From positions 31,607 to 95,606 of the IMG/VR virus record IMGVR_UViG_3300021431_000095: 64,000 bases of DNA. The stretch is one strand, 5' to 3'. The stretch is from a virus (taxonomy: Duplodnaviria; Caudoviricetes). Shown in pieces: positions 37,638 through 48,199 of the stretch (within the stretch, counting starts at the first letter, position 1; every line of letters starts with the position of its first letter). The notes beneath the pieces are model-generated. The model was not told the DNA's origin. It made no database searches and was given only the letters and a program-made list of their open reading frames with translations. Both the position numbers and the translations under genes were made by a program.

Positions 37638-37883
37638 ATGAAAAACGAGGAAATAGAGAAGAAACTTGAAAACATAGAGAAGACTCTGCAGGAGCTGAAG
37701 GAAGCTTCGCCGCAGCCTTATGTAAGACCGTATCAGGTAATCGTTCCTGTTATAGTTCAGGACAACTACGACTATGACGATCCGTGCAGGAACTGTCCGA
37801 GCAACCCGATGAACAACCCGTTCGCATCGGGGTTCTGCAACTGTGTTCTTCCATATATGGGAAGAAGGGGGATATATTGTTAA
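37638..37883 (+). CDS. small Cys-rich hypothetical protein
   Basis: PCRNCPSNP...SGFCNCVLP. Confidence 0.65.
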   Translation: MKNEEIEKKLENIEKTLQELKEASPQPYVRPYQVIVPVIVQDNYDYDDPCRNCPSNPMNNPFASGFCNCVLPYMGRRGIYC

Positions 37884-38017
37884 TGAAACACAGAACAACG
37901 AATATGAATAAAAGGAGATTTTCGCGGATATAATTTCTCTTATACACTGCTTCGCTATGAGGATGTATTCGCAGAGAAGAAAAAAGAAGATGACTCTCGT
38001 GGAAGAGGATTTGCAGA

Positions 38018-39271
38018 ATGAGATTGGTCTATAAATTCAACAACTATCAAAACAACGAAGAGTTATTCAGGTTGTGCAGGATCTCCAAGGATCTGTATAA
38101 CCAGGCTCTTTATATCATAAAGACCAATCTCAAAAATGAGAACAGATTCACATTCTATAATGAACTTGACAAAATATTGAAAGAAACACCAAACGCAGAA
38201 GGAGAGATAAACTACAGAAAGCTGAAGGCTCAGGTTTCACAACAGTGTCTTAAAGTTCTTGACAAAAGCGTAAAGGGATATGTGAAATCCATAAAGGACT
38301 GGTCGAAACACAAGGAGAAATACAAAGGTATGCCGAAACTTCCGTCATACAAGAAGAAAGACGGGTACAACCAGTTGATTTATCCAAATCAGAGTTCTTC
38401 TATAAAAGACGGGAAGATATTTTTCTCAAGGGAACTTTCTATATCGATTCCACAATGGGATGAATACAAAGACAAACTGAAAGATTTCCAGCAGATAAGG
38501 GTCAATCCAAAGAGCGGATACACAGAGATTGAAATTGTTTACAACTACCAAACGTACAATGAATCTGTGGATCAGAAAAGATTTGCGTCTATAGATCTCG
38601 GACTAGGTAATCTTGTCACGATGGTAACTGATTTCTCCGAACCGATAATTTATTCAGGAAGGCAGATTAAGTCAAAGAACCAGTTCTTCAACAAAAGAAT
38701 TTCTTTATTGAAAAGCATAGCAGAAACAAACAACAATAAACATACGACAAAACAAATAAAAAATCTATGGGATAAGAGAGACAAGCAGATGAACGACGTT
38801 TTCCACAAAGTCAGCAGGCATATCGTGAACACACTCGTCCAGAACAAGGTTGGGAACCTTATTATCGGTCATAACAATGGATGGAAAGACTCCATCGACA
38901 TTGGTAAGGTAAACAACCAGAATTTCGTGATGGTTCCGTTTGACAAACTGATATCGTATCTCAAATACAAATGCGAGATGGCTGGTATAATTGTTGTTGA
39001 ACACGAGGAGTCATATACGAGCAAATGTGACGCTCTGTGTCTTGAGAAAGTCTGCAAACATGATGTATACAAAGGGAAGCGTGTAAAGAGGGGACTGTTC
39101 CAGAGTTCAGTGGAAAAACTGGTAAACGCAGACGTAAACGGTGCCCTTAACATAATGAGAAAAGTAGTCGGTGATTCCTACGTAAGCAGGATAATCGATA
39201 GCGGTCGGTTGTTCCGACCTGTAAAGTTTAACAATCTTTATTTGTTGGGGATTGTTAAGGTTTATGAATAA
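38018..39271 (+). mobile_element. tnpB: TnpB-family RNA-guided endonuclease, no adjacent transposase
   Basis: N-terminal LYNQALY; RuvC IDLG, EESYTSK, NADVNGALNI; hairpins at the 3' end. Confidence 0.88.
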
Positions 39272-39300
39272 AATTTATCGAATTTGATAATTTTTAGAAC

Positions 39301-39738
39301 ATGCAGTTCTTCACTTCTTATTACGGAAACTACAAGAACATCCCGAAGGACTACGTCTGTATAGGGATATCAAGATACTGTCCAGAATGGTTCAAGAAAG
39401 GGAACTACGACAATTTCGTATTTGTCGAGGATAATATTCTTGCTCCAGACAAGGATCTTCTCGACGACATGAAGTCTGGAAGGGAAACCGAGGAAGGATA
39501 TAAAAGGAGATATGTAGAGGGACTGTTTAAGAAACTCGGGAACATCACGTTCAATGACTATATTGAATCATTTTCCGATTCATACAAAGACTACAAAGCA
39601 ATAGTGTTCCTGTGTTATGAGAAGCCAGAGGACTTCTGTCACAGACACATTCTGAGAAAACTTATGAACAATGTATTCAATATTCCGTGTGAGGAATTGG
39701 AAACTGAAAAGAAGCAAAAAGAAATAGCATTATTTTAA
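39301..39738 (+). CDS. DUF488-family protein
   Basis: TSYY, ISR, LAP, LCYEKPEDFCHRH. Confidence 0.8.
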   Translation: MQFFTSYYGNYKNIPKDYVCIGISRYCPEWFKKGNYDNFVFVEDNILAPDKDLLDDMKSGRETEEGYKRRYVEGLFKKLGNITFNDYIESFSDSYKDYKAIVFLCYEKPEDFCHRHILRKLMNNVFNIPCEELETEKKQKEIALF

Positions 39739-40598
39739 TGTCACCAGATAACGTAAGATATTTGATTATACCTGATGTCCACGGAAGGACATTCTGGAAA
39801 CACATGGTAGAGGAGTGCCTCAAAAACCATCCGCATATAAAGATAATATTCCTAGGGGACTACCTTGATCCGTACCAGTACGAGGGTATAACCCCAGAGG
39901 ATGCAATAGAGGTGTTTGACGAGATCATAGAACTCAAACACCAATATCCTGACAGGATTATACTTCTTCTTGGAAACCATGATCTTCACTATGTCATGAA
40001 CGACAGGAGAGGATGCAGGATGGACTACAGGAACAAGGGAAGAATCGTCGACACATTCAGGAAAGAGTTCGATAACTTCGATTTGTGCTGGTTCGATGAG
40101 ATTGTAGGGAAGAACATCATATTCTCACACGCTGGGTTCACAAGGGGATGGCTTAATCATAGGATAAAATGGATAAATCCAGAAATGCTCGAGAAATATA
40201 CCTCGAATGAGATATACTACAGTATAGACTACAGGATGATTAAGGAAACCGACTGGAAAGATCTTCTGAAAAGATCACATATCTTCAGCGATGTTTCATA
40301 CTACCGTGGGGGTGACGACTCCTTCTCAAGTTTTCTGTGGACCGATGTGAACGAGATGATAGAGGCTGCTGATCCGATAAACGCCATGCAGATTTTCGGT
40401 CACTCGCAGCAGGAGAAGGATCCTGTGAAGTATAAGGATTTCTATTGTCTTGACTGCAGGAAACCTTTTCTTCTTACAGACGACGCTGTCGTGAGGACTG
40501 AGTATTATCTTGCGTTGGACGACAATACGGCGGAGATCGATGAAAGGATGAAAAAGAAAGCAGAGTCTTTGTCAAAATATATGGGTTTCTTCATGTAA
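39738..40598 (+). CDS. calcineurin-like metallophosphoesterase
   Basis: PDVHG, GDYLD, GNHD, SHAG, GHS. Confidence 0.9.
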   Translation: MSPDNVRYLIIPDVHGRTFWKHMVEECLKNHPHIKIIFLGDYLDPYQYEGITPEDAIEVFDEIIELKHQYPDRIILLLGNHDLHYVMNDRRGCRMDYRNKGRIVDTFRKEFDNFDLCWFDEIVGKNIIFSHAGFTRGWLNHRIKWINPEMLEKYTSNEIYYSIDYRMIKETDWKDLLKRSHIFSDVSYYRGGDDSFSSFLWTDVNEMIEAADPINAMQIFGHSQQEKDPVKYKDFYCLDCRKPFLLTDDAVVRTEYYLALDDNTAEIDERMKKKAESLSKYMGFFM

Positions 40599-40667
40599 TT
40601 AGGCTTTTATAAATTTGCTTGCAACAAATTAAAATAAATAGTAAAAGCAAAACTTCATTTTTGGCAA

Positions 40668-41600
40668 ATGAGAAGAGTATACAACTATAACACTGGAAAA
40701 CTTTACGAGTCAGACGGAACATACACCATAACAGTTACCGAGAAGGCTCTGTCGCCAGATGTCGAGGTCAATCCAGACGACAACGGCGAAATCGATCAGA
40801 AATATCTTTCATACGACGAGGCTATCGACGCTCTTGACGAGATTGTCGACGAACTTTGCAAGAACGAGGGATTCAACAGGGAGGATGCGGATATCGTCGA
40901 GACTGACAACGGATTCTGTGTGACTGTTCCTGAGTATAAGCAGTGGTGCTTCGTAATTTCTGGTGACGTTGCGGAAAGTGTCAATGAGGAGAAAAAGGAC
41001 GATCCTGAGAAGAAGGAAGATGTTTCGGAGAAGAACGAGTCGGTTTCCACTAGGTTCTCGAAACTCCGCGAGATGTTCGAGGCTGCAGGTCTGAACGAGG
41101 AAGAGGATGACGAGAAGAAAGACGACGAAAAGAAGGATTCCGATGAAGACGATAAATCGGATGATGACAAGAAAGACGATGAGAAAAAGGATTCCGATGA
41201 TGAGAAGAAGGATTCCGACGACGATGATGAGGAGAAGGAGATGAAGGCAATTGTCATCACCGTGAAGAAAGGTGACGAGGACAAGTGCAAGGAAGAACTC
41301 ATTGAGGCTGGTGTCGCCGACGAGGATATCGAGATTCTTGATGGAGAGGAAGACGATGAGAATATCGACATCAGGATTGATGTTAACTCAGTATTTGAAC
41401 TGAAGGACTACCTTGAGAAGAAGGGAATCGATCTAGAAGAGGAAATCGGCGGAGAGATTGTCGACGACAGTGACGACGAGAACGGTGGCGAGAACTCTGA
41501 TGACAACAATGACGAGAACGGTGAGGAAGGCGAAGAGGAAGCCGAATTCAACTTCGATGACCTTGGAGATCTCTTCGGTGCCGATGAAGGGGATGAATAG
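40668..41600 (+). CDS. very acidic late protein (scaffold/core-like)
   Basis: ATAAATA at 40634-40640; D/E/K repeats; LYE/VNE/LNE motifs. Confidence 0.6.
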   Translation: MRRVYNYNTGKLYESDGTYTITVTEKALSPDVEVNPDDNGEIDQKYLSYDEAIDALDEIVDELCKNEGFNREDADIVETDNGFCVTVPEYKQWCFVISGDVAESVNEEKKDDPEKKEDVSEKNESVSTRFSKLREMFEAAGLNEEEDDEKKDDEKKDSDEDDKSDDDKKDDEKKDSDDEKKDSDDDDEEKEMKAIVITVKKGDEDKCKEELIEAGVADEDIEILDGEEDDENIDIRIDVNSVFELKDYLEKKGIDLEEEIGGEIVDDSDDENGGENSDDNNDENGEEGEEEAEFNFDDLGDLFGADEGDE

Positions 41601-41621
41601 CATATAATCGCAATAACATGT

Positions 41622-41652
41622 AAAAGGAGCTTCAAAACGAGGCTCCTTTTTT
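41622..41652 (+). terminator. intrinsic terminator
   Basis: AAAAGGAGCTTC...GAGGCTCCTTTT. Confidence 0.8.
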
Positions 41653-41730
41653 GTTTATATGCAATTTTCCAAAAAATTACACTGTCCTCAAAGATAAATA
41701 CAGAAAAGACAAAAACAAATAGCTAGAAAA

Positions 41731-44220
41731 ATGTCACAGAAAATAAATTTTTCAGACTACACTGCTTCTGGTGTCTACTTCATTGAGATAGACAATTCTA
41801 TCGTCACTGGGTCATCAATTCAGGCAGCGCTTCGTCTAGCTGTCGGTTTCAACATGAGAGGTCCTTTCAACCGTCCAGTCTATCTCGCCGACACCGAGAC
41901 CTGCACAAGGCTCTTCGGCGGAATCGACAGGAAACTTGAGAGAAGGGGATGCTTCACTAACAGGAACGTGAGGACTATGATTCCAAAGGCTCCTGTGTAT
42001 GTCCTTAATCTTCTCAACGTTGACACTAGCAATAAGGAAAGCAACAAGGATACTGTCGGGTTCACCCTTCTGTCACTTAAGCCGACTATGGACTCGTCTA
42101 CCTTCAAGACCCCTTATGCCTACATGTACGACAGGACGAAGTTCTGGATTGCAGACGACGGAGCTTTTGTAGACAACACGTTCCAAGCAGCATCTGAAAA
42201 GATGGACGGAAACGTTTCCTCAATAGAGGAATCGGCTATGTTCGGAATTTCAAACTGCGGTACAAAGGACATTTCGGTGATTATCAGGAAATCTGAGAAT
42301 GTTCAGGGCTACAACCTTAGCTTCCTTGATTTCTACGGCAATCAGGACGACATCCCTTATCCATGGATCAACCCGAACGACTTCGTTTCTGATTATTTCG
42401 TGGATGTGTACATCATCGCAGGCGACTGGGGTGAGGATAAGTACGCCTCTTTTGCAGGCGATGTCGTTTGGTCGAACTACTTCACTGAAAAAGGTTTGAA
42501 GAAGGACACCTTCAAGAAATTCCTCAGACTCGACGCTGTGAACGTGATCGCACAGTACACTGGTTGTATTCTGCCTAACTTCCTTGACAAACAGGGTAAT
42601 CTGAAGTCAATCAATTACCTTGTAAACAAGTCCAGCAATGAGACGGGTCTGCTCTTCGGTATCAACGAGAAAGCTATGGATGCTGTCGCGCTTGACGGTT
42701 CCACATTCTTCATCGACAGCGACGGTAGCGGAGACTATGATCCTTCTACCGACAAGATCGCAGCTTTTGCACCAGACTTTGTCGGACACATGCTTACCAC
42801 TACAATAGCAAGCGATCCTACCAAGAGCAAGTTCACCTACATGTCGTGCAATATCGACGCTAGTGGAAATGTGTTCAATGCAAGTACGTTTACCGACGCT
42901 TCTTCCAACATCGATTCAAGCACCAAGTTTGCACTTGATGCAGCAACCGGTGAGAAGATCAATATCGGCGACTATGTGCGTGCAAACAATGGATTGATGG
43001 CTAGGATTATCAAGAAACGCGGAACAAGAGTCAATCCCGATAACGAAGACAGTTCGACATATTATATGTTTACTGCAACAGATGTTGTAAATGGAGACAC
43101 GCTTGCTTCTGAAGTTGAGATTCACAAGTCATACACAGAGATGTACGACACCATGAAGCTCTACTCGCTCGCAGGTCTTAAGATTTGCAACAGACACATG
43201 CCTGGTTATGACAGTGACGGTAAAGTTGACAACGAGGCTGGTGTTGAGAAGATTTACTCGATGCTCAAGGATCCTGGTATCCAGAAGGGTCTCTTGAATA
43301 ATGACTCGATCGACTTCCGCTATGTTGTAGATACTATGGCTTACGGTCTGAAGGCTAACTGTGGAGGCAAGGTGCATCTCGCAGATCTTGCAAACGCCAA
43401 GGGACACTGTACCGCTTTCATCAACGCTCCTTCGATGTCACAGTTTGCTGCATCCGATGCTCCTTTCTTCGGTGACAACTGGATGGACAAGACAGATCCG
43501 AGACCTGTATTCGACATCAAGTACATCCAAGAAGGCGGAAACCAGGATATGATCTACTCACCTGACACTGAGTCCTTCAGTCTTCCTGATGAAGAACATG
43601 GCGCAAACCATGTTGGAGTGTTCGCGCCTTTCTTCAGATATACTGAAGGAAACAGGTTCGTTCTCGTTCCTCCTGCAGCAGATGTCTGCAACACATTCAT
43701 GAACAAATTCACCGGTGGCGATCCTTACAAGACCGTGGCCAACACTAACGGTGTCATTGACAATCCAGCCATTGCTGGTGTGGAGTTCGAGTTCGACGAG
43801 ACCGACAGGGGCTACCTTGAGAACATGGGTATCAACCCAATCATCAACCGTGGTGGCACTATCATGATCTACGGCGACAGAACTGCTTACCAGACCGTGA
43901 ACAGCGATCTCAGCTTCCTGCATGTCCGCGAGCTCCTGAACACCATCGAGATCAGCTGCAAGTCAGTCCTCGACGACTATGTGTTCACCTACAACATCCC
44001 GACTACAAGGGCTGAAATCGTGACGAGGATCAATCCTATCCTGTCTGCAATGCAGGATTCTGGTGCCCTCGTGAAGTACGAGATTGAATGTGACGACCTC
44101 AACAATGACAAGGATGTAATCGACAACAAGTTCTGCATCGTCGACATCGGCGTGTGGATCTCACAGAACATGGAGAAGATTGTTGTGCCGATTACCTTAA
44201 ACCGTTCAACTACGGCTTAA
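41731..44220 (+). CDS. tail sheath protein (gp18-like)
   Basis: SGVYFIEID, RGPFNRP, VPPAA, INPI, IYGDRT, LHVRELL, CDDLNN; ATAAATA at 41694-41700. Confidence 0.92.
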   Translation: MSQKINFSDYTASGVYFIEIDNSIVTGSSIQAALRLAVGFNMRGPFNRPVYLADTETCTRLFGGIDRKLERRGCFTNRNVRTMIPKAPVYVLNLLNVDTSNKESNKDTVGFTLLSLKPTMDSSTFKTPYAYMYDRTKFWIADDGAFVDNTFQAASEKMDGNVSSIEESAMFGISNCGTKDISVIIRKSENVQGYNLSFLDFYGNQDDIPYPWINPNDFVSDYFVDVYIIAGDWGEDKYASFAGDVVWSNYFTEKGLKKDTFKKFLRLDAVNVIAQYTGCILPNFLDKQGNLKSINYLVNKSSNETGLLFGINEKAMDAVALDGSTFFIDSDGSGDYDPSTDKIAAFAPDFVGHMLTTTIASDPTKSKFTYMSCNIDASGNVFNASTFTDASSNIDSSTKFALDAATGEKINIGDYVRANNGLMARIIKKRGTRVNPDNEDSSTYYMFTATDVVNGDTLASEVEIHKSYTEMYDTMKLYSLAGLKICNRHMPGYDSDGKVDNEAGVEKIYSMLKDPGIQKGLLNNDSIDFRYVVDTMAYGLKANCGGKVHLADLANAKGHCTAFINAPSMSQFAASDAPFFGDNWMDKTDPRPVFDIKYIQEGGNQDMIYSPDTESFSLPDEEHGANHVGVFAPFFRYTEGNRFVLVPPAADVCNTFMNKFTGGDPYKTVANTNGVIDNPAIAGVEFEFDETDRGYLENMGINPIINRGGTIMIYGDRTAYQTVNSDLSFLHVRELLNTIEISCKSVLDDYVFTYNIPTTRAEIVTRINPILSAMQDSGALVKYEIECDDLNNDKDVIDNKFCIVDIGVWISQNMEKIVVPITLNRSTTA

Positions 44221-44243
44221 TTAAAACGAACAATAGATAAGAA

Positions 44244-44861
44244 ATGCCAGATACACCAATTTCTTCGGTAGGAACTCTCGGTCTTCCTCACTTCAGGACA
44301 TCAAGAGTGTCTCGCGAGCTCTACGAGCCAGTCTATCTTAACTTGTTCACTGTTGAGATCCAGCTTCCTTCGAAGCTCTCATATTCGACCAATGAAACCA
44401 ACCTTCTCCTCGAAGGTGTTACAAGGGTCGGAGGTCTCGACACCAACAAGAATCCGGGAGTGTCTGAACTCCAGCACTACAAATACTCTGATAGGAGCTT
44501 CGCAGCTTCGGGCACACAGCAGACGTTCATCGACCTGCAGCTCGACTTCGAAATCAACGTCAGGGGCAGTGCTCAGGGTTCGCCAGACATGTACACTCTC
44601 AAGATGCTCCGCGCATGGAACGATCTGATTTGGGATCCACTTACTGGTCGTCAGGGTTTGAAGGTCGACTATGTTGCACCTACCATGACAATCACGATGC
44701 ACGACAAGATCAACCAACCATTTTGGCAGTGGATCTGCTACAACGTGTTCCCGACAACCAACCTTACCATCCCCGACCTTAACTACCAGAGCAAGACTCA
44801 GTTGTACAAGGTCACGGGCTTCACACTTAGATGTGACTGGTGGAACGAGGTTATGCTCTAA
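44244..44861 (+). CDS. tail tube protein (gp19-like)
   Basis: Follows sheath; 205 aa; NLFTVEI, LRAWNDLI, VFPT, CDWW. Confidence 0.8.
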   Translation: MPDTPISSVGTLGLPHFRTSRVSRELYEPVYLNLFTVEIQLPSKLSYSTNETNLLLEGVTRVGGLDTNKNPGVSELQHYKYSDRSFAASGTQQTFIDLQLDFEINVRGSAQGSPDMYTLKMLRAWNDLIWDPLTGRQGLKVDYVAPTMTITMHDKINQPFWQWICYNVFPTTNLTIPDLNYQSKTQLYKVTGFTLRCDWWNEVML

Positions 44862-44886
44862 TTCATTGAATATTAACAACTTAAAA

Positions 44887-44919
44887 GAGAAACGACTGAA
44901 ATTAATCAGTCGTTTCTTT
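44887..44919 (+). terminator. intrinsic terminator
   Basis: AGAAACGACTGA-loop-TCAGTCGTTTCT followed by T-rich run. Confidence 0.8.
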
Positions 44920-44992
44920 GTTTGTGTTGTACCGAAAAAATAATTTCACTGAAATTACAGATAAATACAGAAAGACCATAGACTTCTATTAA

Positions 44993-47900
44993 ATGGCGAA
45001 CAACACCATAGAGATATTAACCAGTATAAACAAACAGGTTTCGACAATTGCAAACTACCTTGCCCCGAAGAACGGAAACGGGAAGGAAGCCACAGCGAAG
45101 TTGTCTAAAGGAAACATTTCGACAACAGACGACATCGACAGCTCGAAATCGATCAAATGGAATCTTAGTTCAAAAAGTCTCAACGAATTCATCAAGATAA
45201 TCGGCGGACTTCCATGTGCGGTTAAGGCTGTTGCTGGATTGTCTGGGAAGACGATGAATAAGTTTAAGTCGACTATGGAGACCATATCTAAAATTATGGT
45301 TGAGGTCGACAAAACCGGGAAAGACATAAACACAAAGAATTCTGAAAATTACATAAAGAATGTAAAAAGTCTTGCAGAAATAAACAAGAGTTCAGCGAAG
45401 AATGTGCTGATTGCTCCAGCTGCTTTACTCGGTGCAACACTGACATATCCAGTGATTATGATGTATGCTGGGATATTCAGTATGGTTGATGTGCTGATGA
45501 AAACCAAAGGACTGAGAACACTTCTCAACATAAAAGTGCTGACCAAGTCTGTGAAGATGATTACAAATCTCATGATGCAGTCGGCGTTGCTGGTTGTGGC
45601 GTGTATAGCCATCGGTGCTCTCGTTTCCCGTGCAGATACACAGAAGATACTTCTTAACGGTCTCGCTGTTCTTGGCGGAACGCTCGCTACGTTAAGCGTC
45701 ATAATCCTTTTGACAGGCATGATTGGCAAGATGGCGAAGGCAGTGGGTGCTGTACGTGCAGTAAAAGAGATAACATTCCTTACACTGGTTTCTATAGGTC
45801 TTGTGTCTGTATGCTTGGCTCTCGGTGCATTGCTGGCGCAGGGTGACATGGGAAAAATACTTCTCGGAGGTCTCGCTGTTCTCGGCGGAACGCTCGTGAC
45901 ATTGTCGTTGATCATACTCTTGACGGGTATGGCTGGCGTATTGATAAAGGAAACTGGTGCTATCCGCGCCGTCAAGGATATTGTGTTTATGACATTCGGT
46001 GTGATGGCTATATTGATTGCATCGAAGTTCCTTGCCGATTTTATTTCTGATCACCATGAGAAGATATTGGTTGGATTTGGAGCCACTGCATCCGTAATGG
46101 TGAGCCTTGTCGGTATCGGGTGGCTTGCAGGTAAACTTCTCGGTAGTGCAAAGAAAGGAATAATTGCCCTTGGTGTTATTGAGATTCTGGCTGCCGGTGC
46201 AATGGGACTCATGTTTATGGCATCTTCTCTTTCCGAAAAGCTCGAAGGAAGATACGATCAAGTCACATATGCACTTCTGATGACAACTGGTGTGATAGTC
46301 TTGTTCGGCGGACTTGCGGCTGCAGCCAGCTTCATAATGCCAGAGATTATAATGGGGAGTGTAGCTATAGGGCTTGCCTTGTTGATGGGAGCAGGGGCGA
46401 TTAAATTGATAGGGTCTATACTTGAGCTTGACAAGAAAAAGGATGAGTATGGTGTTTCGTGGGGTCAACTTGCTAAAGATGTTCTTGGAATAAACGGGGT
46501 GATAGCCGCTTTCGGGCTCACTGCGGCAGCATTCTCGCTTCTTACTGTACCAATACTTTTTGCTATACCTGCAATGGTTATAACAATAGGGTTTAGTAGA
46601 AAAGTAATCGGTGTGGTGAGCAGCGTTGTTGATGTTGCGAAGAAGATAGATGAAGCTGGTGGTATACAGAGAGTGAACGCTGTGCTGAACAGGGATATTC
46701 CGTCAATGATGAAGGGATTCAATAAGAAAAACTTCGATATGGATCTTTCTTTGTTCCAAATTGCAAAACTAGGAATAAAGTATGCCGCTGTAGCAAAACT
46801 TTCCAAAAACCTTCTTAGTACAGCTGAGGCTATATCCAAAATAGCAAACATAGGAACAATGACAGAAGGCGGCCTGATTAGACCAGTGCTTTCGATAGAC
46901 AAAGAAACAGGAAAAATTGTTTATGGAGAAGCTGTGGATGTCGTTGGTGTTTCACGTGTAATATGCAATACATTGAAGGTGTTTGTCGAAAGCATGGACT
47001 ACAACTTCAAGGACTTGCTGAAAATGATGATTGGTGCCCAGATGTTCAAAATTATGGGTTCAATCACAGAGCCGATATCGACGTTCCTTGATATGCTTAC
47101 TGGATTTGTTGGCGGAACAAATTCTGAAGGAAACTATACGTTGACACCAGTAAGAATTGGTGATGATGGCAAGATTACATATGGTGCTCCTGTTCCAGTA
47201 AGGGACACTGCAATCACAATAATGAAAGCTGTCAATGCTTTTGTGAGCGAACTCTACAGCAAGGAGAACGCCGAGACTTGGTCAGAGATGGTTTACGGAG
47301 ACAGGACAGGTTGGCAGAAATTCTGGGGATCTACAAACACAAAGACGGACGCTATAAACGAGATAGGCGGAATGCTCGGAGTGTTCGTTTCCCCTGTGGT
47401 CGATTTTATAAACATGCTGTCACAGTTCGAGAGTGCTGGACCAGGAAAACTGACAAAACTGATTGTAGATCATGACGGAACCGTCAAGAAAGGCGGGACT
47501 GTCGATGTCAACTCCATAGCTAATACGATCGCTGGATCGATAACTTCATTTGTGACGAAGATATACAATATGCCTGACATCGACGGCATCGATGACAAGA
47601 CTGAGCAGCTTCAGAAGGTTGTCGAAGGTGTAGGAAACGTATCCAAGGCATTCGCAGATTTGAGCAACAACAAGGATATCGACACTGTCAAACTGTCTGG
47701 ATTGTACGACAACTTCAACAAGGGATCTAAATCCATAATAAGAGTTGCTGGTGCGATATCGGTGCTTGACAAGACAATCGAGGCTAACAACGCTAAGAGA
47801 AAGAAAAACATAAAGGAACTTGGCAACGCAATCGAGGAACTCATGAACAAGTTCAAGGACGACGGTAACTCAATAAGGAACCTTTATGGATTGGTCAACG

Positions 47901-48190
47901 CCCTGCAGAACATGGATGCTGAGGAGATATCAAGAAGAATAGGCGCTGTAAGGTCTGGTGCTGCTTCGTCGGCTATCGGCACAGCACAACAGACAGGTGG
48001 TTATCGTGGTCCGGTTGCGAATGTTCCTTCTTATTATGGTCTTACGCAGCAGCAGGTTGAAAAAGCAATTGAGAATGTATTGAAGGATCTTGTGATACAA
48101 GGAAAGACAAATAAGGCATACAGCAGCGAGGACGAAGGTATAAACGACATCCTCGAAGCGATGAACAACATGACATTTGAAATAAATTAA
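44993..48190 (+). CDS. tape-measure-like tail protein with hydrophobic repeats
   Basis: 1065 aa after the tube gene; repeated GLAVLGGTL helices; ATAAATA at 44961-44967. Confidence 0.6.
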   Translation: MANNTIEILTSINKQVSTIANYLAPKNGNGKEATAKLSKGNISTTDDIDSSKSIKWNLSSKSLNEFIKIIGGLPCAVKAVAGLSGKTMNKFKSTMETISKIMVEVDKTGKDINTKNSENYIKNVKSLAEINKSSAKNVLIAPAALLGATLTYPVIMMYAGIFSMVDVLMKTKGLRTLLNIKVLTKSVKMITNLMMQSALLVVACIAIGALVSRADTQKILLNGLAVLGGTLATLSVIILLTGMIGKMAKAVGAVRAVKEITFLTLVSIGLVSVCLALGALLAQGDMGKILLGGLAVLGGTLVTLSLIILLTGMAGVLIKETGAIRAVKDIVFMTFGVMAILIASKFLADFISDHHEKILVGFGATASVMVSLVGIGWLAGKLLGSAKKGIIALGVIEILAAGAMGLMFMASSLSEKLEGRYDQVTYALLMTTGVIVLFGGLAAAASFIMPEIIMGSVAIGLALLMGAGAIKLIGSILELDKKKDEYGVSWGQLAKDVLGINGVIAAFGLTAAAFSLLTVPILFAIPAMVITIGFSRKVIGVVSSVVDVAKKIDEAGGIQRVNAVLNRDIPSMMKGFNKKNFDMDLSLFQIAKLGIKYAAVAKLSKNLLSTAEAISKIANIGTMTEGGLIRPVLSIDKETGKIVYGEAVDVVGVSRVICNTLKVFVESMDYNFKDLLKMMIGAQMFKIMGSITEPISTFLDMLTGFVGGTNSEGNYTLTPVRIGDDGKITYGAPVPVRDTAITIMKAVNAFVSELYSKENAETWSEMVYGDRTGWQKFWGSTNTKTDAINEIGGMLGVFVSPVVDFINMLSQFESAGPGKLTKLIVDHDGTVKKGGTVDVNSIANTIAGSITSFVTKIYNMPDIDGIDDKTEQLQKVVEGVGNVSKAFADLSNNKDIDTVKLSGLYDNFNKGSKSIIRVAGAISVLDKTIEANNAKRKKNIKELGNAIEELMNKFKDDGNSIRNLYGLVNALQNMDAEEISRRIGAVRSGAASSAIGTAQQTGGYRGPVANVPSYYGLTQQQVEKAIENVLKDLVIQGKTNKAYSSEDEGINDILEAMNNMTFEIN

Positions 48191-48199
48191 CAAAGGATA

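Noticed and set aside
37883-38021. Small gene upstream of tnpB
   Set aside because: Only short frames with inconsistent starts; no CDS or interrupted target gene can be supported.
41100-41240. GACGA/GAAGAAGGATTCCGA-like DNA repeats
   Set aside because: They are explained by D/E/K coding repeats in an acidic protein, not a non-coding array.
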